Below are positions 13,401-27,202 of a stretch of 64,000 bases of DNA, in pieces. The DNA comes from Blasia pusilla. Lineage: Eukaryota. The notes under the pieces were generated by a model, which searched no databases, was not told where the DNA came from, and was given only the letters and a program-made list of their open reading frames with translations. The first letter of the stretch is position 1. Every line of letters starts with the position of its first letter. The DNA lies in assembly GCA_050084515.1 (NCBI GenBank), contig CM114271.1, forward strand, positions 21,390,001 to 21,454,000, written 5' to 3'. The translations under genes and the position numbers were made by a program.

Positions 13401-15830
13401 ATGAAGATGTGTCCCTCGCGAAGTTGACTGTAGATATGTGTCTTCTTCACCGCCGCCGCCGCCGCTCCTTGTAGCATTCGCCCTTAGGCCACCACTTGGG
13501 CTCGCAATGCCTCCCGCGTAGGATCTGTAACTACCACATCCGCCACCACCACCTCAGCCTCTCGTGTCATGTAAAGATCAGCTCGAATAAGGGAATCCCG
13601 CATGGAGTAGTGCCTCTCTCTCTGCACATAGAAGCCACTCTCCCAAGCAATACTGAAACCATGTGGGATGCATATAGTAGGGAATCGGTAGGCCCTGTTA
13701 TTGGGAATGCTTCTGATGGTGATGCACGAAGGCGTAAGCTTATGCTTGAAGATTATATGGGTAGAGGAACATATGGGGACCATCCTCGTAATGGTCTTAA
13801 TTGGGCAGGGTGGGGATTCACAGTACATGAATATCCTAAAGGGGATTATGGAGGGTTTGGTGATCAAAATCCTCCTCATGGTGGGAAGAAATTTTTGAAC
13901 CCATTAGATAGAGCAAACCATCCAATTATGTTAGGTCCTTACATATCGTCTTTAGAACACGTACAACTGGTGTACAACCTTTATCCTAAAAAGCAACATC
14001 ATCTAACATTTGATTATACAAGAAGAAGGGACAGATAGAATTAGGCCTCTGCAAAGACAGTTGCAAGTAGAGGAGTGCAAGCTTGTCGTCATGACTTGCA
14101 AACACGTGATAATGCTTTGTAGGAGAGAACTTTGGGTACAGAGATATACCTATCAATCTATGCTGATTACATTGATGTTTTTTTTCCCATGATTGTGTGA
14201 AACATGATTTGTGGACTCGAATCATGCTCTATTCAAAAATCACATCATTCCTACGACTATGGAGGTTGTGGTTGAAGTTACGTAGTGATACATATTCTGA
14301 AAAGAACATGATTAGTCTGCAAGTATTTCATGATGTGAATATGTCATGTCACTATGCTGTGCAACTAATTTGCCTCTTTAGAGATAAATATCCCTCGCTT
14401 CTTGTTCCTCTTCATCTAACATGATCAAATTGTTGTGAAATCTAAAGTTGGAGGGATGGCGGGTCATGAGCGGAATTATGATCTTGGAGTTCTGATGGAT
14501 TCAGTCTCGTTCTTAAACAAAATTTTTGCATTAGAGTATGGTGTAGAAGGGTTGAAATTGGGAAGGAATTACAAGAAAATGGAGCATATTTGGCATGACT
14601 TACATCCTCTCCTTCTATGCCAGTTACCAATGATTTTGGAGGATTACAATAGTATTTCCACAGATGAACTTGTTGTGGATGCCTTAAAGCGGGGTTTGTG
14701 GGAGGCTCAAAATCTTTGCATAAGATTAGAGATGAATCCACATACATCAGAGATTGATACAAGGTGGTGGAATACACCTTGGGTGATAGAAACCCAAATT
14801 TGGAAGAAAGATATCATTTCCATCTAGAACATGGAAATTGATCCTGATGAAGAGGCGGAACTAGAAGACGAAGTTACACCTCTTCAGGATTCAGACCTTG
14901 GGAGATCAAGCTTTCCTCCTCCGACTCAAGTGGAAATGGAGATGACTTGGATCTCGTTGATAATGCATTGTGGAACACAAGTGATACTAGTCCTACTTTA
15001 CATGGAGATGATGATATGCTAGATGATGGATTGAATGATATAGATGTTGTTGGGAATGAAGTTGGTCATGCTTTTGAGGAATTCATGTCTTCAGAACTTC
15101 ATGGTAGGCAGGAGAGAATAAAAAAAGTAACTCCTATAGTTAGATTTGAGGGGAGTCACATATAAAAGTCTAGTCTTATTAGCCTACTTGTGGGAAATCC
15201 TTCTCTTTCAAAAGATAGATTGAAAAGGGTCCAGCATATAGGGAAGGTGAGGGAATCTATTCATTGGAATAGTTTCATGGAGAATAGATATGATAAAAGT
15301 GAGAAGATTATTCTCACTAGTGGTTCTGATATTGTTGTTGTATTTGCATCAGGTCCAAGTGTTCTTCAACCATGCATGTCCACTCAAGCATCATTGGCTG
15401 CAAACAAAGGGAGAGGAAAAGGAAAAGGAAAAGGGAAGACATCAAGGCCTAGAGACATTAACAAGGCATCTATTTTGAGTGGATATGATCAAATCATTTG
15501 GATAGAAGAGTTTAGAAAATTAGGAGGAAATATGGAGCCAAGTTTGCTCGATCTAGACATGAAGTGGATTTGTTAGATAGACCTATCCCTCTGAATGAAG
15601 GTGGCCAATCTGTACAAGTCATGTGTAATTGGTTTAAGCCAGTAGGCAATAGCAAGAACAAGTTTAAATATAATGAGGTAGATACTAGATGGATTGATAT
15701 TGAGATGGTAGTGAGCTTGGTGACCATGCGAGTTACAAGGGGGGGTCTGGTAAGACATGGACTTTAGATGAGAATGATAGAAAGGCCCTTGATAGATTTT
15801 TAGAGAAGAACCATACCTTGAGAACATGAT
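10429..15830 (+). pseudogene. Decayed DNA-transposon gene: two C2H2-type zinc fingers plus P-element/THAP9-like DDE transposase
   Basis: Fingers CEEC...HILTIQH and CVYC...HLTSKFH. Then GPSLSTL, FAQDET, ASDGD, DQNPPHGGKK (D/N-x2-H-x2-K), LRLWRLWL and a SNCCE-like motif, ending in an acidic tail. Probable intron about 12592-12726. Many stops. Confidence 0.7.
12992..13650 (-). mobile_element. 5'-truncated CRE-like (restriction-like endonuclease) non-LTR retrotransposon fragment inserted in the transposase gene
   Basis: Minus strand reads IAWESGFYVQRE..IRADL..VVADVVVTDPTR..AAAVKKTHIY..FIPLAIEMYG, an RLE-type C-terminus. Removing it restores the host frame QWEVTETMWDAY. Confidence 0.8.
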
Positions 15831-16109
15831 GTCTACCATGTTCATTCTTTGCAGATTATTATTCTATTGTGATTCAATTTTCAGACATGTGATCATGTTA
15901 TGAATTGAGGCAGATGAAATTTTAATATGCAATCTTCACTGTAGGCAAATTTTTTTGGATTACTTAAGTTTTTTTTTTGGCAAGGGGCTGAATATTCAAA
16001 GGTCACTTCTAAGAAAGGGCCTTTAATATCATGCTGCATATGTAAGAAGGGGCTTTAATTTTAGGGGGGGGGTAGGGGTGGATTAATAGGGTATCGCTTG
16101 CACATGATA

Positions 16110-17230
16110 TAGAGTATATATGTATAGTGAAGTCCTCGAGCTATGAGGAAGTACAGAAGTCGAAGTTGAAGAGCATCTACGACTTGTGTGAGGCATTCAT
16201 CTACTTACGATGGTTGATTAATGTCACCCAAGGAGTGATAGAGGCCCATGCTGTCCAAGCATCGTATGGAGAAGTGGAGCGTGACCTACGGAGACTGATC
16301 ATAGATAACACTTTGTTCTATCATAATTTACCTATCTTGAGAGATGTTTTTGAGTTGGTTGAGTGCAATAAGGCAGAGGAGAGTAGAACAACCTTCATTA
16401 AGCTATGCAAGAGAGGAGTGACCACTCCATAAGTGTAGTAACATCCAATAAGAGAGCGTAGTGATCTAGGATGCTAGGAGATGAACATGAGCACATGCAG
16501 CTCAAGCCTATAGCATCATATGCAGGCCAAAAATAGCCAAGCGTGATTTTTTGGGTGTGTGGTGGGACCTGTCATCAAGAAGATTGCATGCGCCAAGGGA
16601 GCAAACCAGATGGATCCCCGCCTAGCATATTCCATTGTGACCATTGTCAAAATTTTGGCCACATGTGTGATAGATGCTTTGCTTTGCATTCCAAGTTACA
16701 ACCAAATAGGAAACTAGAGAGGGTATTGGATAAAGTTGGAGGACAAGGTGTAACTAGAGAGCGTGGAGTGGGTGGAATTGTAGATGGTCCTATGGGAAGG
16801 CAAGGTGGTAGGCATGCTCGTGGACTTGGTCAAGGTCCACCATCCAAAGAAGTCAATGAAGGTCCTACTTGTGAGGCTGGGATGGCCGTCCACATTGAGC
16901 AACTTCAATAGTAGATTGTAGCAATGGCATTGAGGTTACCAGCTGCCAGATCAATGGCATTAACCTCTTACGAAAAATTTAAGGATGAAGAGATGGATGT
17001 GCGAGGATGTACAAATGAAGGCAGCTACCGTGGGTACATGTGGAGCAGTGATGCAGCTCAATCCATAGAGAGGTGAAGTTTGGAAGCAAACGAGGCTCCC
17101 TTAATTGTTCACTTTGTTTGAAGCGATGAGGATCCTCTCAATGGGTCTTGATCAGAGTTTTCGGGGGTTCGATGGTGGTGTTGGAGTGTCCCTATCACAA
17201 GTGAATGAGTTCAAGCACGCCTATTGTTGA
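16110..17230 (+). pseudogene. Decayed gag with zinc knuckle (family B, copy 2)
   Basis: LCEAFIYLRWLINVTQGV..LRDVFE and CDHCQNFGHMCDRC. Colinear with 43300-45480. Confidence 0.7.
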
Positions 17231-18958
17231 TGCTCAAGAGGAACCCATGTCAAGTTAAAACTAAGGGGCAACCATAACATTCTACCGGTTAGCTTTATTG
17301 AAGTGCATAGAATATAAGACAAGATGGAGATTGTTGCCTATGTGTCTAATTCTATCAATTATAAGAGTGACAACATGAAGGTCCTTGAAAGGCGAGCTTG
17401 ATCGCCGTCTATGACCGCCTTGGTGTGGGGGCGAGGCATTTAGGGTACAATATATACACATACTAGTTTCATGGCTATTTAGCTAAGGCCATGTTAGGGT
17501 TCTCGGGTTATTCCACGCTCGCGGCTTTAGGCTGGAGAGTCAGTCTTGGAGAGCTTGCGATGTATAATGTGTGCACATTTCAAAAAAGCAACTTGAGAGT
17601 TTTTTATCATGGATGTAGCTTCTACATGGGAAGTGAACCATGTACATCTTGTGCAATTCATATGAGTGATTGTCCAATTTCTTCCAACAAATATGTCCCC
17701 CTTAACCATTTCCCCATCTAGAAAATATGCCTAAACATCACTAGTCAAAATTTAGTGTCATACCCATGGCCCAACACCCGATGGGACCCTCCCCTTGGAG
17801 AGTGTTCCCAATTAGAACTAATTGAAAATTACGAAGACAAATATAAGAAAGCCAAGGGTTAACAATGAGATAACTCCTTAGTGTAAAATCTCACTATTAC
17901 ATCCATAGAGCGACGCGTTTTGAACATCTTTATTATAAATATCTGATAATCTTTCCTATTCATATTTTTATTTGTGTTAGAGTTCTCAGGTTAAGAAATG
18001 AAAAATGCCTCAACGTTGCCGTGTGTCCATTTTTTTATTGCTATACTACCTATATGATTGGGCTATGTAGTTCCAATTTTCAAACTTGTTAGGGTAAGAT
18101 TATTAATGATAAATTCTATGGCTTAGAATGCAGCATGGGGGTTGGTGGGAGATTGGACTAATCCATTTCTTGTTTCCCGTATTGGGCTCAACCCCGCCCT
18201 CATGCAAGTGCACCGCCCATGTTAGCACTTTTCCATATAGCTATAGGCACAAATTCTTGCACAGGCAAGTTTGTCCATCGGGTAGACATAAGTCCACAGA
18301 TTTGGATTATATATCCATATGTAACCTTGGTGAATCCCTATGTTATTTTTTACCAAAATAAATTTATGTTACATATATTTCATAATTTTGACACATGTTT
18401 TCCCTTGATGTCAACTTTTTCTCATTCTTTCCAAAATTGTAATGAAAAATTTTAATATAAAAATTTAAATCAGGTGAAATTTCTTTGGGGATATTCTAGT
18501 AAAATTTAATTTTAGCCTCTAAAGCTTCTACATTTGATTTTTTGGAAAAATTCATGTGAAAATATTTATAATTATGAATTTTTTTCAATGCGAATATTAG
18601 TAAGAATTGCTTTAAGGAATGGATGTGTTTATTTTTAATGATTTCAAATAATTTATTTTTTTCTTACTTTAAAATCATTAAATTATTCTTTCTTAGGAAT
18701 CAAAATGCTATTACACAAAAATCTACACTTTTTATGATCTTTAGGGTAGGAAATGTAGAACTCTTAAGGAAGGTTATGTGTAGTTAAGAATTTCAAATTT
18801 AGTTCTTGGATTTTGTTATAAAAGATGTATTTAAGTATTATGGTTACCACTTGATACCTATTAGGTACTAACCAAATCACAACTAGGGGAAAAATTTAGC
18901 AGAGAGATAAAAAAATTTAAACAAAGCAGTATATTGAAAGTAGATTTTTTTTGAAGAG

Positions 18959-19401
18959 CAAGGTTGCAAAAAAACGGACTTGTCCTTCCGTGGGACAGAC
19001 ATACCCAATGGATTCTCTGCCCGGGTTTTTTGGTACCCCTGTGGCCCACGCAAGCTCAAGACGCAAGAACGAGCGTGAGCTTGGATCAAGGGAGGTAGGC
19101 AGGGATCGAATGGATGTGCGGCCTATGAGCCCTTTCCTGGCTTGCATCGAGCGTGCACTAGCCCACCCTAAGCCCGCTCTCGCCCGCTGCTAGGCAAGCT
19201 CAATGCGGTCCTCTAGGAGTGAGGGCGGGCTACAAACGGGTGACAAGAACGGGTAACGGGTTGTTGGACTGGGTGCGGGCTGGCCAAGCCTGGATTTGTA
19301 TTGCGGGTGGGACGGGCCCGAGTACCGGCCGCGGGAAACCAAGCCTGCACAGACATGTTTGTCCTAGGGACGGACACGGACATTTTCCGTGTGCAACCTT
19401 G
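18959..19401. mobile_element. Non-autonomous hAT-type MITE
   Basis: TIRs CAAGGTTGCA...TGCAACCTTG and a perfect 8-bp TSD TTGAAGAG (18951-18958 and 19402-19409). Confidence 0.93.
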
Positions 19402-22400
19402 TTGAAGAGTGAAAGAAAAGGGAGAATGGATTAAAACTTTTAGCAAAGGAGGGTTTGATAAGAAATTTTCTTAAGAGTGATTAATAGTGGCCTCTACATA
19501 CAACTCCTCTTTTGTTTCCCTCTTCATCTAGTTTATCCTTGTGGATTCTATTATCAATTCATCCTTCATGCATGAATTTCTTCTTTCATAAAAGGCTCGT
19601 ACATGGGTTTTAGAGAGCTTGAAGAAGTCCGTCACTCTAGGCAATGCCATATGGATACAAACAAATGGACCCTTTGGTGAGAATGAAGGAAGGCCCATCT
19701 ATCCTTACCCACTTGCAAAGAAGGAGAGAGGAAAAAGAGGATATAATGTTCTTTTCCTCCTTAGCCTGCATGGAAATCTATACTATTATTGTCAACCCAA
19801 TATGCATAGTAAGACAAAATAATAACAAGGGTACTTCTTTATCCTTTAATTGAGGTTTGAAACTTTTTGTAAATGAATTTTAATTTTGGGAGACGAGAAA
19901 CGGTTTAATTAATAAATAATAGATATTATTTTTAGGAAAGAGTGGGATATTATTTCAATTGTTTTTGTAGAGTACAATACACGCACTAGTTTTGTGACTA
20001 TTTAGCTAAAACTATGTTATATTTCAACATTTATTAAGGAGTGGGATATTACTTCAATCTGCATATTAATTGAGGAATGGGATAGTTTAAAGGAGTTACA
20101 TGTTACTATTTCTTTAAGAAAATAAAATAAGGGGTTTGAGAATAAAGAATGGGTTTGAGAATGGAAGAAATTATTACTAGAATGTGGAAATTACTACTAA
20201 TATTTTGCCCATGCATGCACTAAGTTGGGTCAATTGGAAATGAAAATACTTCACAAATGAAGCCATTACATTAAATTCTTATCTTTTCCCTTTACTAATG
20301 TAGAAAGAAAGTTATCCTTATTTTTCCAACCCCCATCTCTAAATTAGAAAACAAAATCACTCATTTTGATCCAAAGTTTGTCTTATAATATTCTTTAGAA
20401 ATCTCTCAAAATTAAATCTTGAAAATAATAATAATCATTTTCATTTTTTAAGAACAATAAATTTTCTAATATTATCTTTTTTTCATTTTTTCTAAAGTAA
20501 CGTGTAATTTCCCTTCCAAAATTAACTTGAAATCAAAAGTTTTTTTTGTTTCTTAAATATTGAAATAATAAATTTAATTTTGAAAATGAGAAAATAAAAT
20601 GATCATGAAAAAAAATCACAATATTTTCATAAAAATTTTTTTTCAAATGATATAATTATTGAAACCAAATTTCTATTAAGTTTTGATTTAGTATATACAA
20701 AATGAAATAAAACTTGAAAAACTGATTCACACAAGCATCTCAACAAGGGTTAACACCCTTAATAGTATCATCATTTAAAAGAATCACCTTTCACGCATGC
20801 TAACCAATGAAAACCCTCTCAAACTCTAAACCCTCTCAATATAGAAATAATCTATATTATTATTTGAGAAGGGGTTTATTCTAAGACTCTATGTCCCTTT
20901 TAAATGCGGGGCAACCAAGACATATTCAAAGGGGCGTATACAAGAGGACCGCACGATTTGCAAGAAAAAAAAGCTCATTAGTCCCTTCCCTTCCCATCAC
21001 GAGCTAAGCACTATAAACTCTTCAAACACTTTTTTCCCATGCATGAATTATTGTTGAAATGAGTAAGATTGAATTGATTGTCTCCTTAAGGAGTGTAGCC
21101 TAGGGTAGGGCGAGACAAAAGCATCATAGAGGCAAGGACTCCAACCCTTGGGACGAGCATTCTTCTAAATGAATGAGGTAGTCGTCGTCATGGTTCGTCA
21201 TGGGATTATGCTGACGATGATCAACTCAGGCTTCTCAGCTTCCTAAGTCAGGCAGCTTGGGATGCGTGATTGTGGCGCGCATCGGGCGAGCGATGGCGTC
21301 CGTTACGTTGGAAATGTGGCGTAGGTATTGAAAGATTCAATTTGTATAGAGCGGTGCGTGACCAGAGTTTCACATCAGAATTAGCATTCGATCTCTAACG
21401 GAAATGAGTCCCGATCACTTTCCATATCTTGGCGATGCATCTGAGTCGTACGCGTTTGTGGAGGTTGTTTTCATGCACTTTCAGAGAAACTCGCTTTCGA
21501 ATTCACTTGCATTCTTCTCATGCAATCTTGGCTACACGGCATTGTATCTGATTTTCACGTCAAGATGTGCGTCGAAGAGGTAACCACAGATTTCATGGCC
21601 TTCATTCCCCACTTGCACGCCTAAATGTTTGCATTTCACTCCTGACGCATTTGCAGATGTGATGGGGTCCACGATTTGTTCTGTCCCGCCTTGGATGGAT
21701 AAGTCCGCCATGGGACTCCTGAAGGAGGATAGTGCTCTCGCTTTCAAACCTTTTCCAGGTTTTGCAGGTCGAACTGGAAACTGTTGAAAATTATATCTCA
21801 TCCTGGAATGCTGAGGGGAGAAATCCGCTGAGGATGAAGACGTGCTCTCAAGAATGAAGTGAAGTACGTTGTTTGGTGACGGAAATTTGCCGCTTGAGTC
21901 TGTCCTAGCCCGATCCGGCAGTCGTTGTGATAGAATATTGCCAAGCTCTCAGTATGGAACACTCTAAGACGTGAAATCCATGGCCATCATGGAGAAATTG
22001 CTCGGATCTCGCTGTTGCAGTCCTTCCCTGGACAATTTTTGGACAGCATCAGTTGGTGGACGTTTGAGCCAAGTCGATGTAGCAGATAGGACCATCCTGG
22101 ACTTTGATGTGATCAACCTCAAGTGGAAAATTGCAAATGTCTGGTCGCACGAAAATTGAATGAGGGTACGTCCTTCCCGATGCGCATATCCGCTCTTGCA
22201 CCGGATCCAGAAACATACGGACGGAGCTCACAGTGTGCACTGAATGGGGCTGGAGTGTCGCACCAGTGCTTCATGCAGTAGATGTCGGACAACTCAAGCC
22301 TCCAACTTTATGGTGCGTCGACCGTACAGGTCCATAGACAGGCCAGAGGTAAAGTTCTTTCCAGTTCCAGTACGTCATAGAAACAGCGGAGGTTAACGTT

Positions 22401-23683
22401 CAAATCTGGAATACCGCACTACTTCAACTGTTGGGGATGGTGACTTCTAAATTACAGCAATTTAGAGATTGACATGGAGTAATGACGTGAGGAGATCATG
22501 CATTTGCGAATTGAAGTCTCTACGTATTGTCGAGCAAGCGAGGGAAACATGCAGTAAAACGGACGTCACGTCACGTCCTCTACATGCTCTTTTTTCAAAA
22601 CAAATAGTCATGAACAGCACCAAGCACGCACTACAAAGAGCAAGAGGATGCTGACTTGATGCTCCCTCCCTTTAAGCAACGCTCGTGCATGCCCTCCCGC
22701 TTTCCAACTAAAACTCGCTAGCCACCATGGAGTCATGGACTCATAGAGTTGTTGGTTGCCACACATCCTCGCTAGCTGGCAATGAGTCCACGCAATCCGA
22801 CATCAGAGCGACTGGTTCAGATGTCAACGTTCGCGCCTTCTGAACGGATCCCATCGCCGAACCAAACGTGTCCACGCTCTACATTGGCACAGCAGGTACT
22901 GCAAGTGACGATTTCAAAATCCAATTGCACGCTTGTAGCTCGTACATGTAGAGAAGATTACCGGACACTCGAGTATTAGCTCGTAGTTGCACATCATCCA
23001 AATCGGACTACAACCTCTAGAGATCATATGGCCAACAGAGTTGAGACCCTACCAACCCAGGGCCGACTCTACATGTTATTAGGGTTTCTGCATTCCCTCA
23101 AAGTCGATGGTCTAACCTAGCCTCATGTCACGACTCACGCTTGAGTATTATGCAGCAGCAACGCAGTATCGCTGCCACATCGATTGAACAGCAGTCTCCT
23201 TCGGTCGCATGTAGAGGAACCGCAACATGCACCGCTGCCTCAATCGAGCTTATCTGCGCAGTAGATAGACTCGATTGAAGCATCCTCTAGGAAATCCCGC
23301 CACTACATCCGTTCTCTGTGTGGGATATCATCAGCACCAAAAATTCGATGTTTAGGGTTTAGCCTTTGCAGTTTCTCATGCGAAACTGCAAAGGCTAAAT
23401 TGGCACACTCGTCCATTTTTTGACAATATAAAAACTAGTAAGGCTAAATTGGCACACTCGTTCCAATTTCCACTCGTCCATTTTTTGACAATATAAAAAC
23501 TAGTGAGAAAGAAAAAGTGTTTGGAATTTTTTGTTAATGTATAATTTGTGAAGGGAAGGGTTTAATGATGCAACACAAATTCAAATCTTTCTTATCGCTC
23601 CTTGCATAAGGACATATATTTTCTTGCCGCCTAGTTGCCAAGTGAGGTGTTTACAAATCAAGAAGGCATTCTCCCATAATAAT

Positions 23684-24634
23684 ATAGATGTTGCCCGTGC
23701 ATGGCATGCCTAATATAGTTTCTTCAATAGAATGGCTTATAAACCGGTGTTGATGATATTTTTATAAATAATATTTAAATTTTTAAAATATATTTAGTTT
23801 AAAATTTTAGGTGTAATTTCCATTCTTATAAATCTTAAAAGAAGAAGAAAATCACCTTTAGATACTATCCATCTCCCCTAAATAATTACATTCCTCCCTA
23901 AAAGTTCTAACAAAAATTATTGTTCCCTTTCCATTCTTCTTACCAAAATCATATTCACTAAAAAAATTATTATTTAATTATTATTTAATTAAATGATTTT
24001 CCTTTTCCATTAAAATTTATTTTCCTTTCCCAAAATATCACATACGATATTTTTAAATTAATACGATTAATTTAAAAATAATCAAATCATTAATTTAAAT
24101 TTTTTAACATAATTATTATTTTCTAAAATCTTAGAAAAATAATAAAATTTCACTCTTTTAAGTAATTAAAATATTCCATTCAAATTTAAATGATATCCCA
24201 ATGCTCTAAATAATTTTAACCTTCCATAAAATTTGATTTATTCCTTATCCATTAAAATTCTCCCTTTCCATCACATGTGAATTAAGACACAAATTCTAAA
24301 TTTTTTTTAATCCAAATTATTCCATTTTATTAATATTTATAATCCCCCATTATAATATTTAATAAAATATTACTATTTAATAAAATATTTTTATATTTTA
24401 TTCAAATCCTTATGATTTTTTCTACTTGAAATATCTCTACCCATCTAGTGTTGTTTAAATAATAAAATTCAAACATGTTCATTACTTGAATGCCCCCTCC
24501 TACCCTAAACCCTAAAGCCTCACTACTTGGGTCTTAGCCTTATGACACGTGTCGTAAGGCTAAGACCTCAAAACGCATACGTGTCATTAACTGAGGACGG
24601 GTTCTCAAACCCCGTCCTCTTTTAATAATATAGA
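23684..24634 (-). mobile_element. AT-rich non-autonomous Helitron-like element
   Basis: Minus strand starts A|TCTATATTATTAAAA with palindromes near the 5' end, and ends with a degenerate GC hairpin (gcatgccatgcacggg) followed by CTAT rather than CTAG. Confidence 0.6.
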
Positions 24635-26126
24635 TACAGGGCCAACGTAATGATGGAGTGAAAAGAAGCGCCTTAGTCCAACTCACAAAGCTGGTTGAAT
24701 GGGAATGTAGTCAAAGCTAAATACACAATGATGCGTGGTGACGAGAATCTAGGATGTGGAGAGTTAGGAGGTGGGTAAATTATGGGAGGAGGTAGAAACC
24801 CATTATCTAATACATTAAATTATAGTGGTGTTTCTTATTCTACTACAAAGCTCTGAAGACTTAGCACATTGCAATTTTAATAGAGCACCATGCGATTGAT
24901 ATAGCACCGCATTAATGCCCCTTTATTTCTTAACACCTCTCTTGGACAAATGGCCATCTCATCCAATAGAATTGTTCTCCTTCTCAACACTTAAGATCAA
25001 TGGAAGTATTCACAGTTCATCTAGGAGTGTTGAGGGTTAGATAAGTCATTAACCATTAAACTACCCCATGCATGGCATTGCCTCCACTAGTATTTTTAGT
25101 GAGAGATTGTACAAGTCTAAGTGGCAAGTTAGAGATCTAGAGCTACGAGGAGAGGATCGAGATGGATATATATGTTTGCATAGAAGAATGTAGCAAGTGT
25201 GGCAACTTGAAGAGCATGGGTTGTCTAAAGGGGCTATGAGTTGAGTTGGATTATGGTGTGGGAAAGTTGTAGACATTGCCATGCTTTCCATTTATTCAAA
25301 TCATCAATCTTAGAGGCATAGGTCCTCAAAGATAGTATGAAATCAACCTTTCTAGAGTTCAACTAAAGCAATGTGAGAGTGTACCATAAACCTTTACACA
25401 AGATAACATATATTCCAAGAAATGTTGTCTTAGCATATGTTTTCGATTAGCTTCATTCTTGAGTAATTTTGGGGAGTTCGAGGTGTTCCCTAAGGATTTT
25501 CACTTTAGTATGTGAGAGCTATTTAATTCTTTGCAAAAAATTACTTTAAATTTATTATTTAAAATTTTCATAGATTAGAATTCTATTTTATAATTTTAAT
25601 TAGGACCACCAAAATTCACTGTATTATGAAAGAAAAACCTTAAAAGAGGACAAAGAAAGGCAATGATACCACAAGCATGGAAAGAGGGACTACATTCAAA
25701 AAGAAAGTGACAATAAGCCAACAAAGAAACCAACACTATGAGCTACACAATTAATAGCTTGAAACAAATGTGATGTAAATAGTGCTAAACACTAGTATTT
25801 GGTCAAATGTGAGTGGACAAGGAGATGAATGGTCCGCAACCACTTTAGCTCAACTTATCACACCAACACTTATGCTTGTTGTAATGCCATCAAGCTACAT
25901 TGCCCAAACTAAGTAGTGACAACATAGAGAGATTCAGAGAAGGACTACGAGAAGGGGCAAGTTGATGATTCACGAGGGAGTAGTGAACACATATTTTCAG
26001 GAAAATATCAAAAGACACATGTAAATGCATAAAAACTTCCACAAAAAAAGATTAGATCCATCGGTCGCATGTCTCACCATGTAACTTAACTCCTTGATTC
26101 TTGCTATAGTAGTCCGACGTACCAAG

Positions 26127-27202
26127 CAAGGTTGCACACAGACAAATTCTGTGACTGCGGACTTACGTGTGTCCCTAATACATACATTTCTATGCGGGCC
26201 TAGATACCCGCAGCCTGCCGTGCCCACAACATAGACCTAGGCTTGGTGAGCCTGCATCCAATCTATGAATCGTCTCCCCTTCTTGCCACCTATTTTGTAG
26301 CCTACATCAAGCATTCATGGCCCGCACAAGCCCGTTGTGGCCTACAACAAGCCCGTATAGGCAACTTGTGCGGACCCTGAGCCCGCTTTGTGGGTCATAT
26401 GAAGGCCTAGCTATGAGCCATGATAGCCCTATGGGGGTCTTGAGCCGCTCAATGCAATCCCAACCCGCCCTATGGGACTGGTCGGCAAGGTTGCACACAA
26501 ACGGACAATTCCGTCCATGGGACGGACATTCTCGGCCCGCACCCGAGCCCGCCCAGAGCCTGCCATGTAGACCCGAGCTGACGAAGCCCGTATCCGTTGT
26601 GTGGCTTGCCATGGCCCGGGGCAGGCGTGCAGGGGGGACTTGATCCCCATTGGACAGGCTCAGGCCTGCGTAGGGCCCGCCCAAATCCCGCATGGCGGGC
26701 TCAAGGTCCGCGGGATTTGGTCTGCCCTACGACCCTTGAGCTCGCCATGTGCGGGCCTAGTTTAATTGCAGGCTTGCCGCAAACTGTGGCAGGCCACGCA
26801 ATGGGTGCAGGCTCCCTCAGCCCGGGTCTACGCGGCAGGCTTGGGTGTGGGCTCGTGTCAAGGCCGTAGGTACTCGGGTCCGCATGGACATGTCCATCCA
26901 TAAGACGAACATAAGTCCACGGACTTTATCCCTTTGCAACCTTGCTGGTCAGGGGCCCAGTGTGAGCTTAGGGCATCCTGGTGAGGACTAGATGGGGACC
27001 ACGCAGGGGATTCATACTAACCAGGAAAAGACTCATAGCCAACACACCTATTCAATCCTTGCCCGTCTCCCTTAATCTGAGCCTGCACGTGTTGCAAGGT
27101 CTAAACCTTGCGTGTGCTATTGGGATATCCAAAAAACTTGGGCAAGGACTCATTGGGCATGTCCATCCCATGGACAGACATGTCAATTTCCATACAACCT
27201 TG
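26127..27202. mobile_element. hAT-type MITE (outer)
   Basis: TIRs CAAGGTTGCA...TACAACCTTG; degenerate TSD GTACCAAG/CTACGAAG. Confidence 0.8.
26486..26944. mobile_element. hAT-type MITE nested in the outer MITE
   Basis: TIRs CAAGGTTGCA...TGCAACCTTG; TSD CTGGTCGG/CTGGTCAG (7/8). Confidence 0.88.

Noticed and set aside
20196-20870. Further Helitron ends (decayed 3' hairpin ~20200; TCTATATTATT at 20851)
   Set aside because: The ends could not be paired into a complete element.
21596-21612. miR166-like CTTCATTCCCC
   Set aside because: Only the 3' 11 nt match and no precursor hairpin is evident.
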